In this document: positions 1-12,032 of the stretch, piece by piece
Numbering within the stretch: the first letter of the stretch is position 1
How the letters are laid out: each line of letters opens with the position of its first letter
DNA from: Octopus bimaculoides
Lineage: Eukaryota
NCBI RefSeq assembly: GCF_001194135.2
Contig: NC_069005.1
Coordinates: 1,572,863-1,636,201, forward strand
Direction of reading: 5' to 3'
Length of the DNA stretch: 63,339 nucleotides
Notes under the pieces: model-generated
What the model was told of the DNA's origin: nothing
Databases searched by the model: none
Seen by the model: the letters and a program-made list of their open reading frames with translations, nothing else
Made by a program: the position numbers and the translations under genes

Positions 1-1522
1 TTCATTCACTGATCAGCAAAATTAGAAATATATTTCTAAATCAGCACAAACTTAAGGACACAGTAATTGTGTCAAGGCCGACAGGAAGCGGTCCAGCTTC
101 CTAGGGCTAAACAGCAGTAGTGTATTCCCTTATTGGGATTGTCACTCCACTACTGCTTAAATCTCTCTGAGAGATTTAGAAATATTATATTTCTAATTTT
201 AAATAAATATATTTATATATATATTTATTTAAATATAAATATATATACATATATTTATAAATATATTTATATATATATATATTTATTTATATATACATGT
301 ATATATATATGTATGTATATATACTTACAAACACACACACAAATAAGACGAGAAGCCATTTTTTTCCCTAATATTTATTCAATTCTGATCTTCTGCCTTT
401 TAATATTTGTATTAATTAATTAATTCTCTGCTAGAGACAGAAATAAGTGTCCATTGTTTTGGGGATGAAAAGAAGAAAAAAAAACCTCCGGAAACTCAAA
501 TTCATTCTCCGAATCAATATGTCCAGTATTTACATTGTGTGGACAGATTTGGTTGAAAGAATTTTCATATGTCTGAATGGTCTCGGACACAAACGGAAAT
601 GACCAACAAAGTGAATGACTTGTTCAATGTTTGTAATTTAAACTACTTTGTTTCTGCATGGTTGACTGTCTTCTACAATGAAATTTCACTTGGTTAATAC
701 AAGATTTTCTGGAAAATGAAAAACTGCCAGAGACAAACAGTTGAGAGATGAAACTAGCACCAAACATTGGTGTGGAAGAAATTTGTTTCTTGTCGAGAGA
801 CTTGATGCTTTTGAAACCTGGTTGGCATTGGATGATGGTTTAATAGAAAATAAAATCTTTTTTCTTTGACTCCAAGGAAAACTGATAGTGATCCAGGCTT
901 TTAGCAGAGGGTCTAATAATCTGAAAAGATTGAAAAGAAAAATTCATAAACAAAGACATGTTTGTGTGTCTATGGTGTAAGAACCAGTATCCTTTCCATC
1001 AGTAAACACCATAAATATTTGAAATTTTGATTCCAATGCTCTTCAGTTGTTTTATTAGTGCAGTGAAGTGAATCAAAACGAAGATGGATGGGAGTTAATT
1101 AATGCTTCACTGCTGAACAGGTAACTGTATTAACAGTGGATTTAAGTTGCCACAGGGATTAAATCAAGATGATCTGCATATAAATGAGAAGGAATGAGGT
1201 GTAAAAACAACTTGGAGGAGATGCAGAGCATTAGAGAGCTAACAAAGTGATTGGTCGTCTCTCTAAATTGTGGAGGTTAAATTTGAAATTAAGTTTCAAT
1301 TAAAGTAGCCCAAGCATAAAAAAGTGGACAGTAAGTTGTGGTCATTGTGATTAATAATGGATCTCAAGAGAAAGGGGGCAATTTGTGAATGAGTTATTAA
1401 AAAGAATTCTTTACAACCCTTCTGCAGAGGGAATCATGTTTGTGTGGTGGAGATCTATGGATGCACAAAATGGAAAAAATGAAACAAATATGGAGGACTT
1501 GTTGGACAATTTTATCAAATTT

Positions 1523-1599
1523 TTGACACTTTAGAGACATCAAATACGTTGCTTTCATCATCGTCATAATGATAAGATTTGATGTCTCTAAAGTGTCAA
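1523..1599. repeat. Perfect 23-bp inverted repeat with 31-nt spacer
   Basis: TTGACACTTTAGAGACATCAAAT (1523-1545) is the exact reverse complement of 1577-1599. Confidence 0.9.
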
Positions 1600-1944
1600 T
1601 TTACAAGCGCGCGGGGNNNNNNNNNNNNNNNNNGGGGGGGGGGGGGTGTAGTATAGAACTGGTTAGTACTGAAAGCAATGCCATTTTCATTTCCTCTGGA
1701 GACAGACTGATGTGTGCGGATGTGTCTAAAACTAGGAACTTACCTCTGACAACAAAAATCTAGGTACACAAGAAAAATGTGGTGCTGCAGAGTGTTGATA
1801 GGGCAATAAATGGCATTGTGGGGGGAGGGGGGAGAATTGAATGGAGTGGAGTCAGTGAAGGAAGAGAGAGATTTATGGTACTGGTAANNNNNNNNNNGTG
1901 GAGTCAGTGAAGGAAGAGAGAGATTTATGGTACTGGTAACACAC

Positions 1945-1980
<36 letters not shown>

Positions 1981-2092
1981 GTATATATATATATGAACAG
2001 AGATGCTTTTGCAGCTGAGAAGATTCACAAGAATATTTTTTGCTTCATTTTGAGCATATTTTCTGAAAGTTTATACTGAAATCTTTTAGGCA

Positions 2093-2672
2093 TAACCACA
2101 GATTTCTGCCCCCACCTACCAACTTTGGATGATCATAAGATTCCGAATATACAAAATTTTGGGGGGAAAGTGTTAGGAGGGGTGGAGAATTTCAGAAATT
2201 TCACTGGAGTCCACTTCAGTTCATTTTAACTTTCAAGAAAATGGATATTTTTTTTTAATGAAATTCTCTACAAATATACTTCGGACTATGTAGATTGCAA
2301 GGACAATAGAATGACAGAAGACAATCTGTACGTTAAACTGAATAGATCCCATAATCTCTATCATAAACATGCTACTGAATGGAATAATTCCCTGTTTGAA
2401 CTTTTTTAATTACATATGTATGTGTGCGTGTGTGGTAGAAATCTATGGATGCACAAATGCACAAAACAGAAAATGAAAATAATCAGAAACACCCGCAAAT
2501 GGGGAACAATTCTTAAAAATAGTCCCCATTTGTTTTCCCCCCCAAATTCCTATGTCCTTGGAATCTACATAGTCCGAGGTATATTTGTAGAGAATTTCAT
2601 TAAAAAATATCCATTTTACTGAAAGTTATGATCATCCAAAGTCGGGGTGGGCGCAGAAATCTGTAGTTATCT
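2093..2672. mobile_element. Foldback/MITE-like element with long imperfect inverted arms
   Basis: Inverted pairs: about 2093-2137 with 2625-2672, 2243-2279 with 2579-2613, and 2281-2305 with 2554-2578. Confidence 0.6.
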
Positions 2673-2978
2673 CGATTCATTAAGTACGTAAAATAGTGCA
2701 AGTCTAAAAAAAGTTTGTCAAAATTCAGAGAAATATTTAAAATTTGGATTCACATCCGCTTTCCACGATAAACTGTCACCAAGTTATGAGGGGAAAACTA
2801 GGATCTTGTGAATTTTCCGAAGTCCTCCCCACCCCATTTTTTTCATTTGTTCCCTACACCTTGACAATCGGTGTCGGTGTGTTTATGTACCTGTAACTTA
2901 GCAGTTCTACAAAAGAGACTGATGGAATAAATATCAGATTTTAAGTATCAAAAGGACTAAACGTTCCGAAAAATTGTT

Positions 2979-2984
2979 TTTATT
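2979..2984 (-). promoter_or_regulatory. Candidate RPA1 polyadenylation signal AATAAA
   Basis: Plus-strand tttatt, about 75 nt downstream of the RPA1 stop. Confidence 0.45.
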
Positions 2985-3058
2985 ATAAAACCAAAAAAGA
3001 AAAGTAACATGTCTGGATGATCTTTATACAAACCGAATCATGCAAATGCTTCAAGTAT

Positions 3059-3166
3059 TTATTCTCCGGTTCCAAAATTATTAATTTCTTTGATCAGGCG
3101 TTGCCCATATGTCTTCCAGTCAACTGGGGTGGCACTGACACATATCGTCTTCAAACGGCTTTCATC
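3059..3166 (-). CDS. RPA1: RPA1 last coding exon (DESRLKTICVSATPVDWKTYGQRLIKEINNFGTGE*)
   Basis: Pyrimidine tract plus AG acceptor at 3167-3168, stop TAA at 3059-3061. Matches the RPA70 C-terminus (human [24 protein letters not shown]). Confidence 0.95.
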   Translation of the reverse strand, partial: DESRLKTICVSATPVDWKTYGQRLIKEINNFGTGE

Positions 3167-4216
3167 CTAAAAGACAAAAGCAATAAAGAAATGATTCCAC
3201 TAATTAGGCGAGACAGGTGGATAGGATGGAGTTGCAGGCTGAGGAGGAATGTGGTTTCAGGTTCAGGCCCACAACACAGAACGTTGGGCAAGTGTTTTCT
3301 TATTGCACCCCAGGTCAAACAATGCTTTGTAAGTGTATCTGGTAGATGGGAAACTGTAAGGAAGCCTCATGTATAATATATATATATATATAACAGACTC
3401 TTTTTGTTAGATGATGTATGCAAGCTTGACAATCTCTTATTGAACACCCACACAGATGATTTGCTTGTAGTGATCAAATGTTTGTGTAGACAAGTTCACT
3501 CCCTCCATCAAATCAACATTACCTGTACAGGTGTCAGATGTCGAAATGAAGTGCTTTGCTCAAGAACACAACGCCTGGTCTGGAGATTGAATCCACGATC
3601 TCGCAATTGTGAGTGCAACACCCTAACCATTAAGCCATGTGCCTTCACACACACACACACACATATACAGGATGTCCCAAAAGTCACTGATGGGCCTCTT
3701 ACACCTACCCTACAATGTCATTCCTAAAATAACGAGTCACATCATTAAGATTTCAAAGCTATGAGACGATGCATGAGTAACTCAAAACATTGGAAATATA
3801 AAGGAATTATATTTCACAGAATAATCGAAATGCTAAAGGGTCTGATGAGATGTCAACTCTTCAGCCCCTTCCCACATGAACAAAATTAGGGAGAATTAAT
3901 CCAGCAGCAGAGCTTAGAGAAGATTAGTGGTCGATAGCAACTGGTGTTGGTGTGTTTACATCTCCATAACTTAGCGGTTCAGCAAAAGGGAACGATAGGC
4001 TCAAAAAGTAAATACTAAGGTCAATTCATTCAACTAAATATTCAAAGTGGTGCCCCAGCATGGCCACAGTCTAATGACTGAAACAAGTAAAAAGATTGGC
4101 TGAAGATTCAACAGAAATGTCTTAAGAAACGGATTCTACACAAAATACAGAAACAATTGGAAGCGTAGGTTCTACATTTATAAAATAAATCTGTGAAATA
4201 ATAATATTCTACTTAC

Positions 4217-4303
4217 ATTGTAGGTTTCGAATTTTGCTCTCAAATTGAAAATATAGGATTTGAAACTGGCTTCTTGGAATACTTGATCAAACGCAAATTC
4301 ATC
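4217..4303 (-). CDS. RPA1: RPA1 exon, DBD-C (DEFAFDQVFQEASFKSYIFNLRAKFETYN), 87 nt
   Basis: AG/GTAAGT boundaries; homologous to human [29 protein letters not shown], with the same length. Confidence 0.95.
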
Positions 4304-4435
4304 CTAGAAAGAGAGAGAGAGAGAGAAAAAAACCCAAATGAAAATGGTGAAAAATAAGTGACGCCAAGTTGGAAGATGGAGATTAAAGGATGACGATGAC
4401 GATGAAGTGAATAGAGAAACTGATATATGCCTCAC

Positions 4436-4543
4436 CATATCCTTTAAATTGCCCAGCGCATCAGATGAGACTCCAAGAATGGATTCTGCACACTCTTGGA
4501 AACACGTAATCCATTGGCTGCCTGTATGATCAGCAATGCTGGT
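4436..4543 (-). CDS. RPA1: RPA1 exon, DBD-C (TSIADHTGSQWITCFQECAESILGVSSDALGNLKDM), 108 nt
   Basis: AG/GTGAGG boundaries; conserved QWxTCFQE motif. Confidence 0.95.
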
Positions 4544-4879
4544 CTGAGAGAGGAAATGGAAAATGGATTCATTAGTAAAGCCTTGAATGAAATTTTAAAC
4601 GAAGTATCAACAATTCGATTTCATTAATCCCTTTTTTTTTAACCATATTTCTAGTGAAATGCACTGACTTGTTTTGAGAACAATGAAGAATTTAGAACAA
4701 TAATTGTCATTATAAAACTGGTCTTTGAAACATTTGCTGTTGGCACTCCATCGCTTACAACATCGAGGGTTCCAGTTGATCCGATCAACGGAACAGCCTG
4801 CTCGTGAAATTAACGTGCACCTTTGAAACATAAATTAACACAAAATATTGATAGGAAGTTTTAATTCCGATTACTTTAA

Positions 4880-5092
4880 CCATTTAGATATTCAGATTAT
4901 TATATCAAAAGTAATATTTGTTTATTTTCATTGTTTTGAATTAATTTTGTTGTAGTTTAGAGATTTCAGTGATGAGAAGGTTCAGTTTTAGAATGTCATT
5001 GTAGGGTTGGTGTGAGAGGATGGATCTGGTCAGTTTCAACTAGAACAGGTTAAATATTTCGGCCGGAAATGGCCGGTTTGAATGCTAAAGGG
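4880..5092. mobile_element. piggyBac-type MITE
   Basis: TTAA at 4876-4879 and 5093-5096 flanking CCATTTAG...CTAAAGGG ends. Related copies at about 38800-38922 and 40517-40735. Confidence 0.65.
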
Positions 5093-5179
5093 TTAAAACA
5101 GGAATTTGTATCACAAATCCAGGTTCAATTTTAGGTGGGATGGTAACAAAAGGGGTTAACAAAAATATATTTAACTTAC

Positions 5180-5293
5180 CGACAAAATCAATCGCCATTT
5201 AAAGTTAGGGAACTCTTGGTTACACTTCTCACATCGGTATTGGTTATCTCCCTGGTCTATGAGTTTCTTGTTACAGTTTTCATTGGGACAAGC
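5180..5293 (-). CDS. RPA1: RPA1 exon, DBD-C zinc finger ([38 protein letters not shown]), 114 nt
   Basis: C-x4-C-x13-C-x2-C motif of RPA70; AG/GTAAGT boundaries. Confidence 0.97.
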
Positions 5294-5452
5294 CTAACAA
5301 CACAACAATAAGAAACAATAAGTTCTCGAGGGAGTTCATTACATCGTGTCACTTCAAACACAAAATGGAAACTAAACTCTATTTTTGGCATAATTCAAAT
5401 ATGTGCCATATTTTCAAATATACAAGTTTAAATTTTTAACACCAAAATTCAC

Positions 5453-5820
5453 AGGCGCAGGAGTGGCTGTGTTGTAAGTAGCTTTCTTACCAACCACATC
5501 GTTCCGGGTTCAGTCCCACTGCGTGGCACCTTGGGCAAGTGTCTTCTACTATGGCCTCGGGCTGACCAAAACATTGTGAGTGGATTTGGTAGACGGAAAC
5601 TGAAAGAAGACCGTCGTATATATATGTGTGTGTGTGTGTCCCCACCATCGCTTGACAACCGATGCTGGTGCATTTACGTCCCAGCAACTTAGCGGTTCGG
5701 CAAAAGAAACCGATAGAGTAAGTACTAGGCTTCCAAAGAATAAGTCCTGGGGTCGATTTGCTTGACTAAAGGCAGTGCTCCAGCATGGCCACAGTCAAAT
5801 GACTGAAACAAGTAAAAGAG
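5453..5820 (+). mobile_element. tRNA-derived SINE, family A (CORE-like), full length
   Basis: tRNA-like head (GTGGCTGTG..GGTTCAGTCCC), CACCTTGGGCAAGTG core, internal TA/GT microsatellite and GACTGAAACAAGTAAAAG tail. Many homologous copies occur in the window (e.g. 8147-8510, 10130-10530, 32957-33455). Confidence 0.85.
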
Positions 5821-6625
5821 CTACAAGGAGGTAGGCTGACTGACACACCAAGATGACTTTGGAGGACCAAATTGTCAATGTGAAAGGCAGCAGGTTTCAG
5901 AAAGACAAAAACGTTTAAATGTTTCCACTACATATATACACGATATGCTATGTCAAAACTTGTCTGCTGGAAAATACTCATGCCAGTGACAAGTAAAAAG
6001 CATCATTTGAGCATGGTCGATACCAGTGCCACCAGACAGGCTCCTGTCCCAGGGGCACATAAAAAGCACCACATGAGCATGCTCAATGCCAGTGCTGCAG
6101 GACTAGCTTCCGTGCCAGTGGCACATGAAAAGCACCCACTACACTCTCGGAGTGGTTGGCATTAGGAAGGGCATCCAGCTGTAGAAACCTTACCAGACCA
6201 GATTGGAACCTGGCGCAGCCTCCTGGCTTGCCAGTCCTCAGTCAAACCATCCAACCCATGCCAGCATGGAAAGCGGGCGTTAAATGATGATGAAGAAGGG
6301 AACTGAAATTAAATGCCAGAATGCAATTACCATATTTGCCAGTGTATCAGATGCACCCCAATTGTACAAGGATACTCTGAGGAAAGAACAAATGCATTGT
6401 GTTTCATCCTACACTTACTGAAAGATATTTTAAAGTTGTTTTATAGCAGGAAATGATTGATTTTTGTGCATGTAAATGTAATATTGTAACAGTACACAGG
6501 CATCAAGTATGAAGCCATGATTTTGTCTTAACATAAATTACATATACAAGCAGTGTATGTCACTTTTATCTCCTTTGAAATCAACTGAATAGTCTGATCC
6601 ATAAAAGCATGGAAAAATAGACTTA

Positions 6626-6974
6626 CTCTTTTACTCGTTCCAGTCATTTGACTGCGGCCATGCTGGAGCCCCGCCTTTAGTCAAGAAAATCGACTCCAGG
6701 ACTTATTCTTTGTAAGCTTAGTACCTATTCTATCGGTCTGTTTTGCCGAAATGCTAAGTTACGGAGACGTAAACGCACTAGCACCGGTTGTCAAGCGATG
6801 CTGGGGGGGACAAACACAGACACACAAACATATACACACATATATATACATATATACGACGGGCTTCTTTCAGTTTTCCGTCTACGAAACCCACTCACAA
6901 GGCTTTGATTGGCCCGAGACTATAGTACAAGACACTTGCCCAAGGTGCCATGCAGTGGGACTGAACCCAGAACC
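6626..6974 (-). mobile_element. tRNA-derived SINE, family A, 5'-truncated, inverted relative to the 5453 copy
   Basis: Reverse complement of the same consensus. Other minus copies at about 13120-13390 and 41710-42150. Confidence 0.85.
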
Positions 6975-7077
6975 TGATGATGATGGTAATCTTTGGCGGA
7001 ATATAACTGCAGAAGTTGGAGTATTTAATGAGAGCAAAGCAAGGTAGAAACCTTCTGTAAGCTGATGTTGTACCTAC

Positions 7078-7196
7078 CATATACATGCAGCTTCCTTTCT
7101 TTATGAAAATCACAGTTGCCTTTGAGGTGAAGTAATCAGGTTTTGAGGCCCCTAACTTTTCAGTTTTAACTTGTTCCAATGTCTTCCACTCATTAC
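7078..7196 (-). CDS. RPA1: RPA1 exon (GNEWKTLEQVKTEKLGASKPDYFTSKATVIFIKKGSCMYM), 119 nt
   Basis: WKTL..KPDYF..ATV motif; AG/GTAGGT boundaries; phases consistent with neighbouring exons. Confidence 0.95.
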
Positions 7197-8751
7197 CTAA
7201 CAAAATGAAAATAAAAGGAGGATTAAATACATCTTCGTTAACATTGTCGTCTTCATCATCAAAAAACAATTATTTCAAACAATTTCGGTTGATAAATTCA
7301 TTTATTAAAAGTTTTTTGCAGCCATGAATCAAGTCATATCACTTTTGTCTTAATGATTTGACAAACTTTGTAACAGAAAGTAATAAAGCTTATGTAGTGT
7401 GTGTGTGATTGTGCTATAGTTATGTATGTACTGCAGGCCAGAGTTGAGCCAGTATTGAGTCCAATCAGAGTTGAAGAGATAGCAATTACAAAACAAATGC
7501 TAGAGCATTCAGCCATAGAAACCATGGGGACAACTGATGCTGTCCAACCTATGCCACATGATAATGATGATGATGATAAAGAAAAGATTCTAAACATAAT
7601 TATCACAGCTGGTCTCGTCATAGCGAGACAACAGCAAGTGAAGTCCCTAACCAAGAGCAAGCTTCTCTGCCGAGCATTTATTGATCCAAAGGAAGTCATT
7701 GTGGGGAGACCACAATCTATAGCCTGGTGGCGATGGTGTTTGGCTTACAGTTGTAAGGCCACGAGTTCAATTTCTAGTGGCACACTGTGCCCTTGATCCA
7801 GGCCACTCAACTGGCAAAAAGGAGTCGTACCTGTAATTCAAAGGGGACTGGCCTTGTCACATCCCGTGTTGTGCTGAATCTCCCTGAGAACTATATTAAG
7901 GGTACACATGTCTGTGGAGTACTCAACCACTTTTGCATCGATTTCAGAGGTAGGCCAGGCTGTCCTGTTGAGCAGATCAACTGGGAGCCTCACCATCATA
8001 ACTGACGGAGCGCCAGTCACTTAGTGTGGTCACTAAGAAAACTAAGAACTGAAGAGAAGCTGCTCTTCATAGCTTTGTTCTCTGGTTTGGGTTACAAATC
8101 ACTAACAAGTAAGAAGAAAAAAAAACAAAAAAAAAGCCAATATCCACATGGGTGCAGGCTCTGTGTTAAGAAGCTTGTTTCCCAACCACATGGTTCCGGG
8201 TTCAGTCCCACTGCGTGGCACCTTAGTAGGCAAGTGTGTCTTCCATTATAAGCTCAGACCAACCAAAGCCTTCCGAGTGGATTTGCTAAATGGAAACTGA
8301 AAAGAAGCCCATCGTATGTGTGCGTGCCCCACCAGTGCTTGGCAACTGGCGTTGGTTTGTTTACATCCCTGTAACTTAGCAGTTCAACAAAATAGAGTGA
8401 TAGAATAAGTACAGGTTAAAAAAAAATACTAATGTTGAATCATTTGACTAAGAATTCTTCAAGGCAGTGCCCCAGCATGGCCACAATTTAATGACTGAAA
8501 CAAGACAGAACAGAGAAAGATGAGGTATCACTGCTCAAGAAGCCATATTTTTTAAGATGTGAAGTAAAGATGAGAGACATCTCCCCTGGATACGATGCCA
8601 GCCCTTCAAATGTTTCATTTGATGACAATCTCCAGCCTATTTCAACAGGTTCCATTTTGTAAAACTATGTGGACTTAAGAGGGGGTTTAGAGGAAGGGAG
8701 AAGGGAGGGGAGAGAGGGGGAGATAGAGATAGAGAGAGAGATGTACAATAC

Positions 8752-8898
8752 CTCCTCTAACACCAGCTGAATCACCCTGAAAAGTGTTAAATTCCATATT
8801 ACAACCATCTCGATCATACCAGCCTCGAAGGAAATGAGCTTCCCTTATGTCGGGGTTTAGAATCATTTGTCCGCTTGATAATAAAGACAAGGTCCGAC
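8752..8898 (-). CDS. RPA1: RPA1 exon (GRTLSLLSSGQMILNPDIREAHFLRGWYDRDGCNMEFNTFQGDSAGVRG), 147 nt
   Basis: NPDI.EA..LRGW motif at the end of DBD-B; AG/GT boundaries. Confidence 0.95.
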
Positions 8899-9602
8899 CT
8901 GAAGTAAAAAGAAAAGTAACAAAAATAATTATATTTATTGGTCAACACAAAGCAATTCCTAAAAAGGCAACAATAAACATTTAGGTGGAATTAGATAAAT
9001 GGAAACTCTGGAAGCCCTTTGTACATGTATGCGTACATGCATACATATACACACACGCATACGTACATACATACATATACAAGACATATGACTCAGTGGT
9101 TAGAGTGCCGGGCTCACAATCACTACCTCATCGTAGCAAGTTCAATCCCCAGATCAGGCTGTGTGTTGTGTTCTGATTTACTTTGCTCCTTCTATGTGAA
9201 TGGAAATCCATCACCAGAGGACTTTACACAATACAAAAAAAAGACTAAGAAAAGATAGAGAGACATCTGGACATCATTGGATTTAAGGGACAAAAACTTG
9301 CACAACACTTTTGCCACAGTTGGTTCCAGTGACAAGCATTGCAAGATGACCGGTACTGCTCTGACTGCAAGTTTTGTCAGAATATCTTTCTTTCTACGAG
9401 AAAAGCTACCTTCCTCCTGGGAAATCGATTTAACCCATGGATGGGGTCCTGCTGTTGTGGGTCAGAACAAACCTGGGAGTAATGGTAACAAAGGCGTAAT
9501 GCCACACTCCCCGCGACACCAGACACAGGCTAATGCCATCCAAACGACTGTAACACATTTCTGAAAATAAAGATCGAAATTCTATTTCAAAAGGAATTTT
9601 AC

Positions 9603-9672
9603 CTCCCCATTCTGAAACTTTAGCTCCTTTGACTGCAACCACAGGGTTTTTGTTATCTTGGAAGTTCTCAGC
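9603..9672 (-). CDS. RPA1: RPA1 exon, DBD-B (AENFQDNKNPVVAVKGAKVSEWG), 70 nt
   Basis: PV.A.KGA.VS motif; CAG/GTAAAA boundaries. Confidence 0.93.
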
Positions 9673-10274
9673 CTGTGAGAAAGGAAAGAAAGAAAAAGAA
9701 AAAAGAAAATGATGATGATGATGATAATGAGAGATGGTGGCATTGGAGAATAAATCTGAATGTGACAGAGGTAGAGAAATAGATTGACGAAAATGAGAAA
9801 TAAGGTAATTTTTGTTTTAATCAGGAAGACAAGAACGGTATTTGTGGTTCTTATTTTTGCAGGGATCTCAACCCTGTCCCCCATCGCCTCATACGATTGG
9901 TGGCGGGNNNNNNNNNNNNNNNNNNNNNNGGGGGGGGGGGGGGAGAAGAAGGTATCCTCAAACTTGAGCCCAATGCTGAAGGACCCCAAAGACCAGGTGG
10001 TTGGGGTGGCATTAAGCCAGGCCACAGATTAAGACAATGATTCCCAAACCCAAATACAGTACTTGGAACGAATACCACAAGGTACCTGGAGCCCTATAAC
10101 AATCCTACCAATCCACCATTGGTCACTGGTATTGTGATGAAGAAGCTTGTTTCCCAACCATATGGTTCCGGGTTCAGTCTCACTGCATGACATCTTGAGC
10201 AAGTGTCTTCTATAGCCTCAGGCTGACCAAAGCCTTGTGAGTGGATTTGGTAGATGGAAAATGAAGGAAGCCTG

Positions 10275-10334
<60 letters not shown>

Positions 10335-11001
10335 GTATGTATGCATGTGTGTGTTTGTGCATTTTTGTTTGTCCCCTACCACCACTTGATAACTGGTGTT
10401 GGTCTGTTTATGTCCCTGTAACTTAACAGTTCAGCAAAAGAGACTGATAGAATAAGTACCAGGCTTTAAAGTTAGAGAAGTACTGGGGTTGATTCATCTG
10501 ACAGGTGGTGCTCCAGCATGGCTGTCCTTGCCTCGACACACCATGTGATGGTTGTAAACGAGCATTACTGTTATACAAGAGGGGTTGTTTGTTTCCAGTC
10601 TTCTGAGAAAACATGTCTGGGCATAAGGAAATGTTACTTTGCTTGGAGATGTGAGGGTCTGAAAGCCCTAGAAATTTCTGCTCAACAAATTCCGTCTGAC
10701 CCATGCAAGCGTTGAAAAGTGGGTGTCAAAACAATGAAGATAATACAAGGTTCCATACACTGATGAATCAACCAGTTCTGCAAGAGATGACGGGGGGGGG
10801 GGGGGNNNNNNNNNNNNNNNNNNNNNNNNNNNNNNNNNNNNNNNNNNNNNNNNNNNNNNNNNNNNNNNNNNNNNNNNNNNNNNNNNNNNNNNNNNNNNNN
10901 NNNNNNNNNNNNNNNNNNNNNNNNNNNNNNNNNNNNNNNNNNNNNNNNNNNNNNNNNNNNNNNNNNNGAGGAAAAAAAAAAAAGTTTAAGCCAGAACTCA
11001 C

Positions 11002-11141
11002 ATCGCCTCCCCAAATGGTAAATCGGACGGACATGCCTGACTGGTCAGCAAGTTGCAGGTCACGCTTTGAGAATTCCTTATTAGATTGCCGTCCAACCAC
11101 TGTGGTGATATCTGCAACATCGGTGACGACACCGATTACAT
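11002..11141 (-). CDS. RPA1: RPA1 exon, DBD-B (DVIGVVTDVADITTVVGRQSNKEFSKRDLQLADQSGMSVRFTIWGGD), 140 nt
   Basis: Homologous to human DIIGICK...[30 protein letters not shown] boundaries. Confidence 0.96.
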
Positions 11142-11839
11142 CTGCAAATGATGTGAAAACATAAGTCAAAAGAAAACCATTCCCATCGTATCCCTTTATA
11201 TGTCGTTGCCTCAAACTTCCCATGAAAATTTCATTTTAACTTATTTTTCAGGCACCAGCTGGAAATTATAAAGACTATTTTAGAAAATACTTCATTATTT
11301 TAAAAATTAATTGCAGCAATTGCAGTCTATTTCAATAGAAATATGTTAACAAAAGGGTTAAAGTGATCTAAATTGAAATCCTTCATTAAAATTTTATGTT
11401 GATTTCTATTCTAAACTCCAGCATAAAATAACAACAAAGTTATTTTACAAAATTCTTTGTTGTTTTTAAGTTATTTGCAATAATCACAGACTATTTTAAT
11501 AAATATTATAGTGAAAGGATAAACTAGTGTGAAATTTAATTGAAGAAGCATCAAATAAGTGGAAAAGAAAAACAAGAAAAGAGATTGGACGATTTAGAGA
11601 TTTACAGAATTAAAATGCAGTTGTGCCATATTTTGCAGCCTCTAAGTTGAATTTCTTAGACCAAAATTTATTGCCAAAAATGGTAGGTTGACTTATAAAC
11701 GAAAATGACTGAATATTCCTTGTGAAAATACATCAGGAATTGGAAAGATACTGACAGTGTTTGAAAATTTACACTGCATGTTTACAAAATACACGTCAAC
11801 TGGAAAACGGTTTTAAAAATAGAGAAAAGATTCACTCAC

Positions 11840-12032
11840 CAATAATAGTGTTAGGTTCAATTTGGTCCAGGTCTTTTAATGGTCTAAAATCATATGTGAT
11901 GGTGGGCAAATTTGTGTTCTCAGTGCACAACTCAATGACTGTGTCAGAGTTGAAAGTCATCTCAAAGTCATTCTTCACAGAACTAAATTTCTTGTTTGCC
12001 ATCTTTAGAGTGGCTCTACTCACGTAATAAGC
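11840..12032 (-). CDS. RPA1: RPA1 exon, DBD-A end (AYYVSRATLKMANKKFSSVKNDFEMTFNSDTVIELC...EPNTII), 193 nt
   Basis: LK.ANK.F..VKND.EMTFN motif; CAG/GTGAGT boundaries. Confidence 0.96.

Noticed and set aside
133-423. ORFs rich in YI/CV/HT repeats here and throughout (e.g. 18366-18893, 33270-33811, 54311-55305)
   Set aside because: They are translations of TA/CA/ATAC microsatellites or N runs.
1846-1940. Exact 42-bp direct repeat flanking a 10-N gap
   Set aside because: Identical sequence on both sides of a small gap is the signature of an unmerged contig overlap.
3844-3850. Other CTGATGA heptamers (e.g. also about 15093, 16254, 27124, 45745)
   Set aside because: They lack a helix II, a GAAA and an NUH with complementary helix I, so they are not hammerheads.
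7334-7796. 121- and 131-aa ORFs in an RPA1 intron
   Set aside because: They are mosaics of microsatellite, (GAT)n SINE tail and SINE body, with no domain signature.
9907-9945. Poly-G runs at gap edges (also about 1616-1645, 10792-10805, 39112-39121) as G-quadruplex candidates
   Set aside because: They abut Ns; length and context are unreliable and typical of sequencing dropout.
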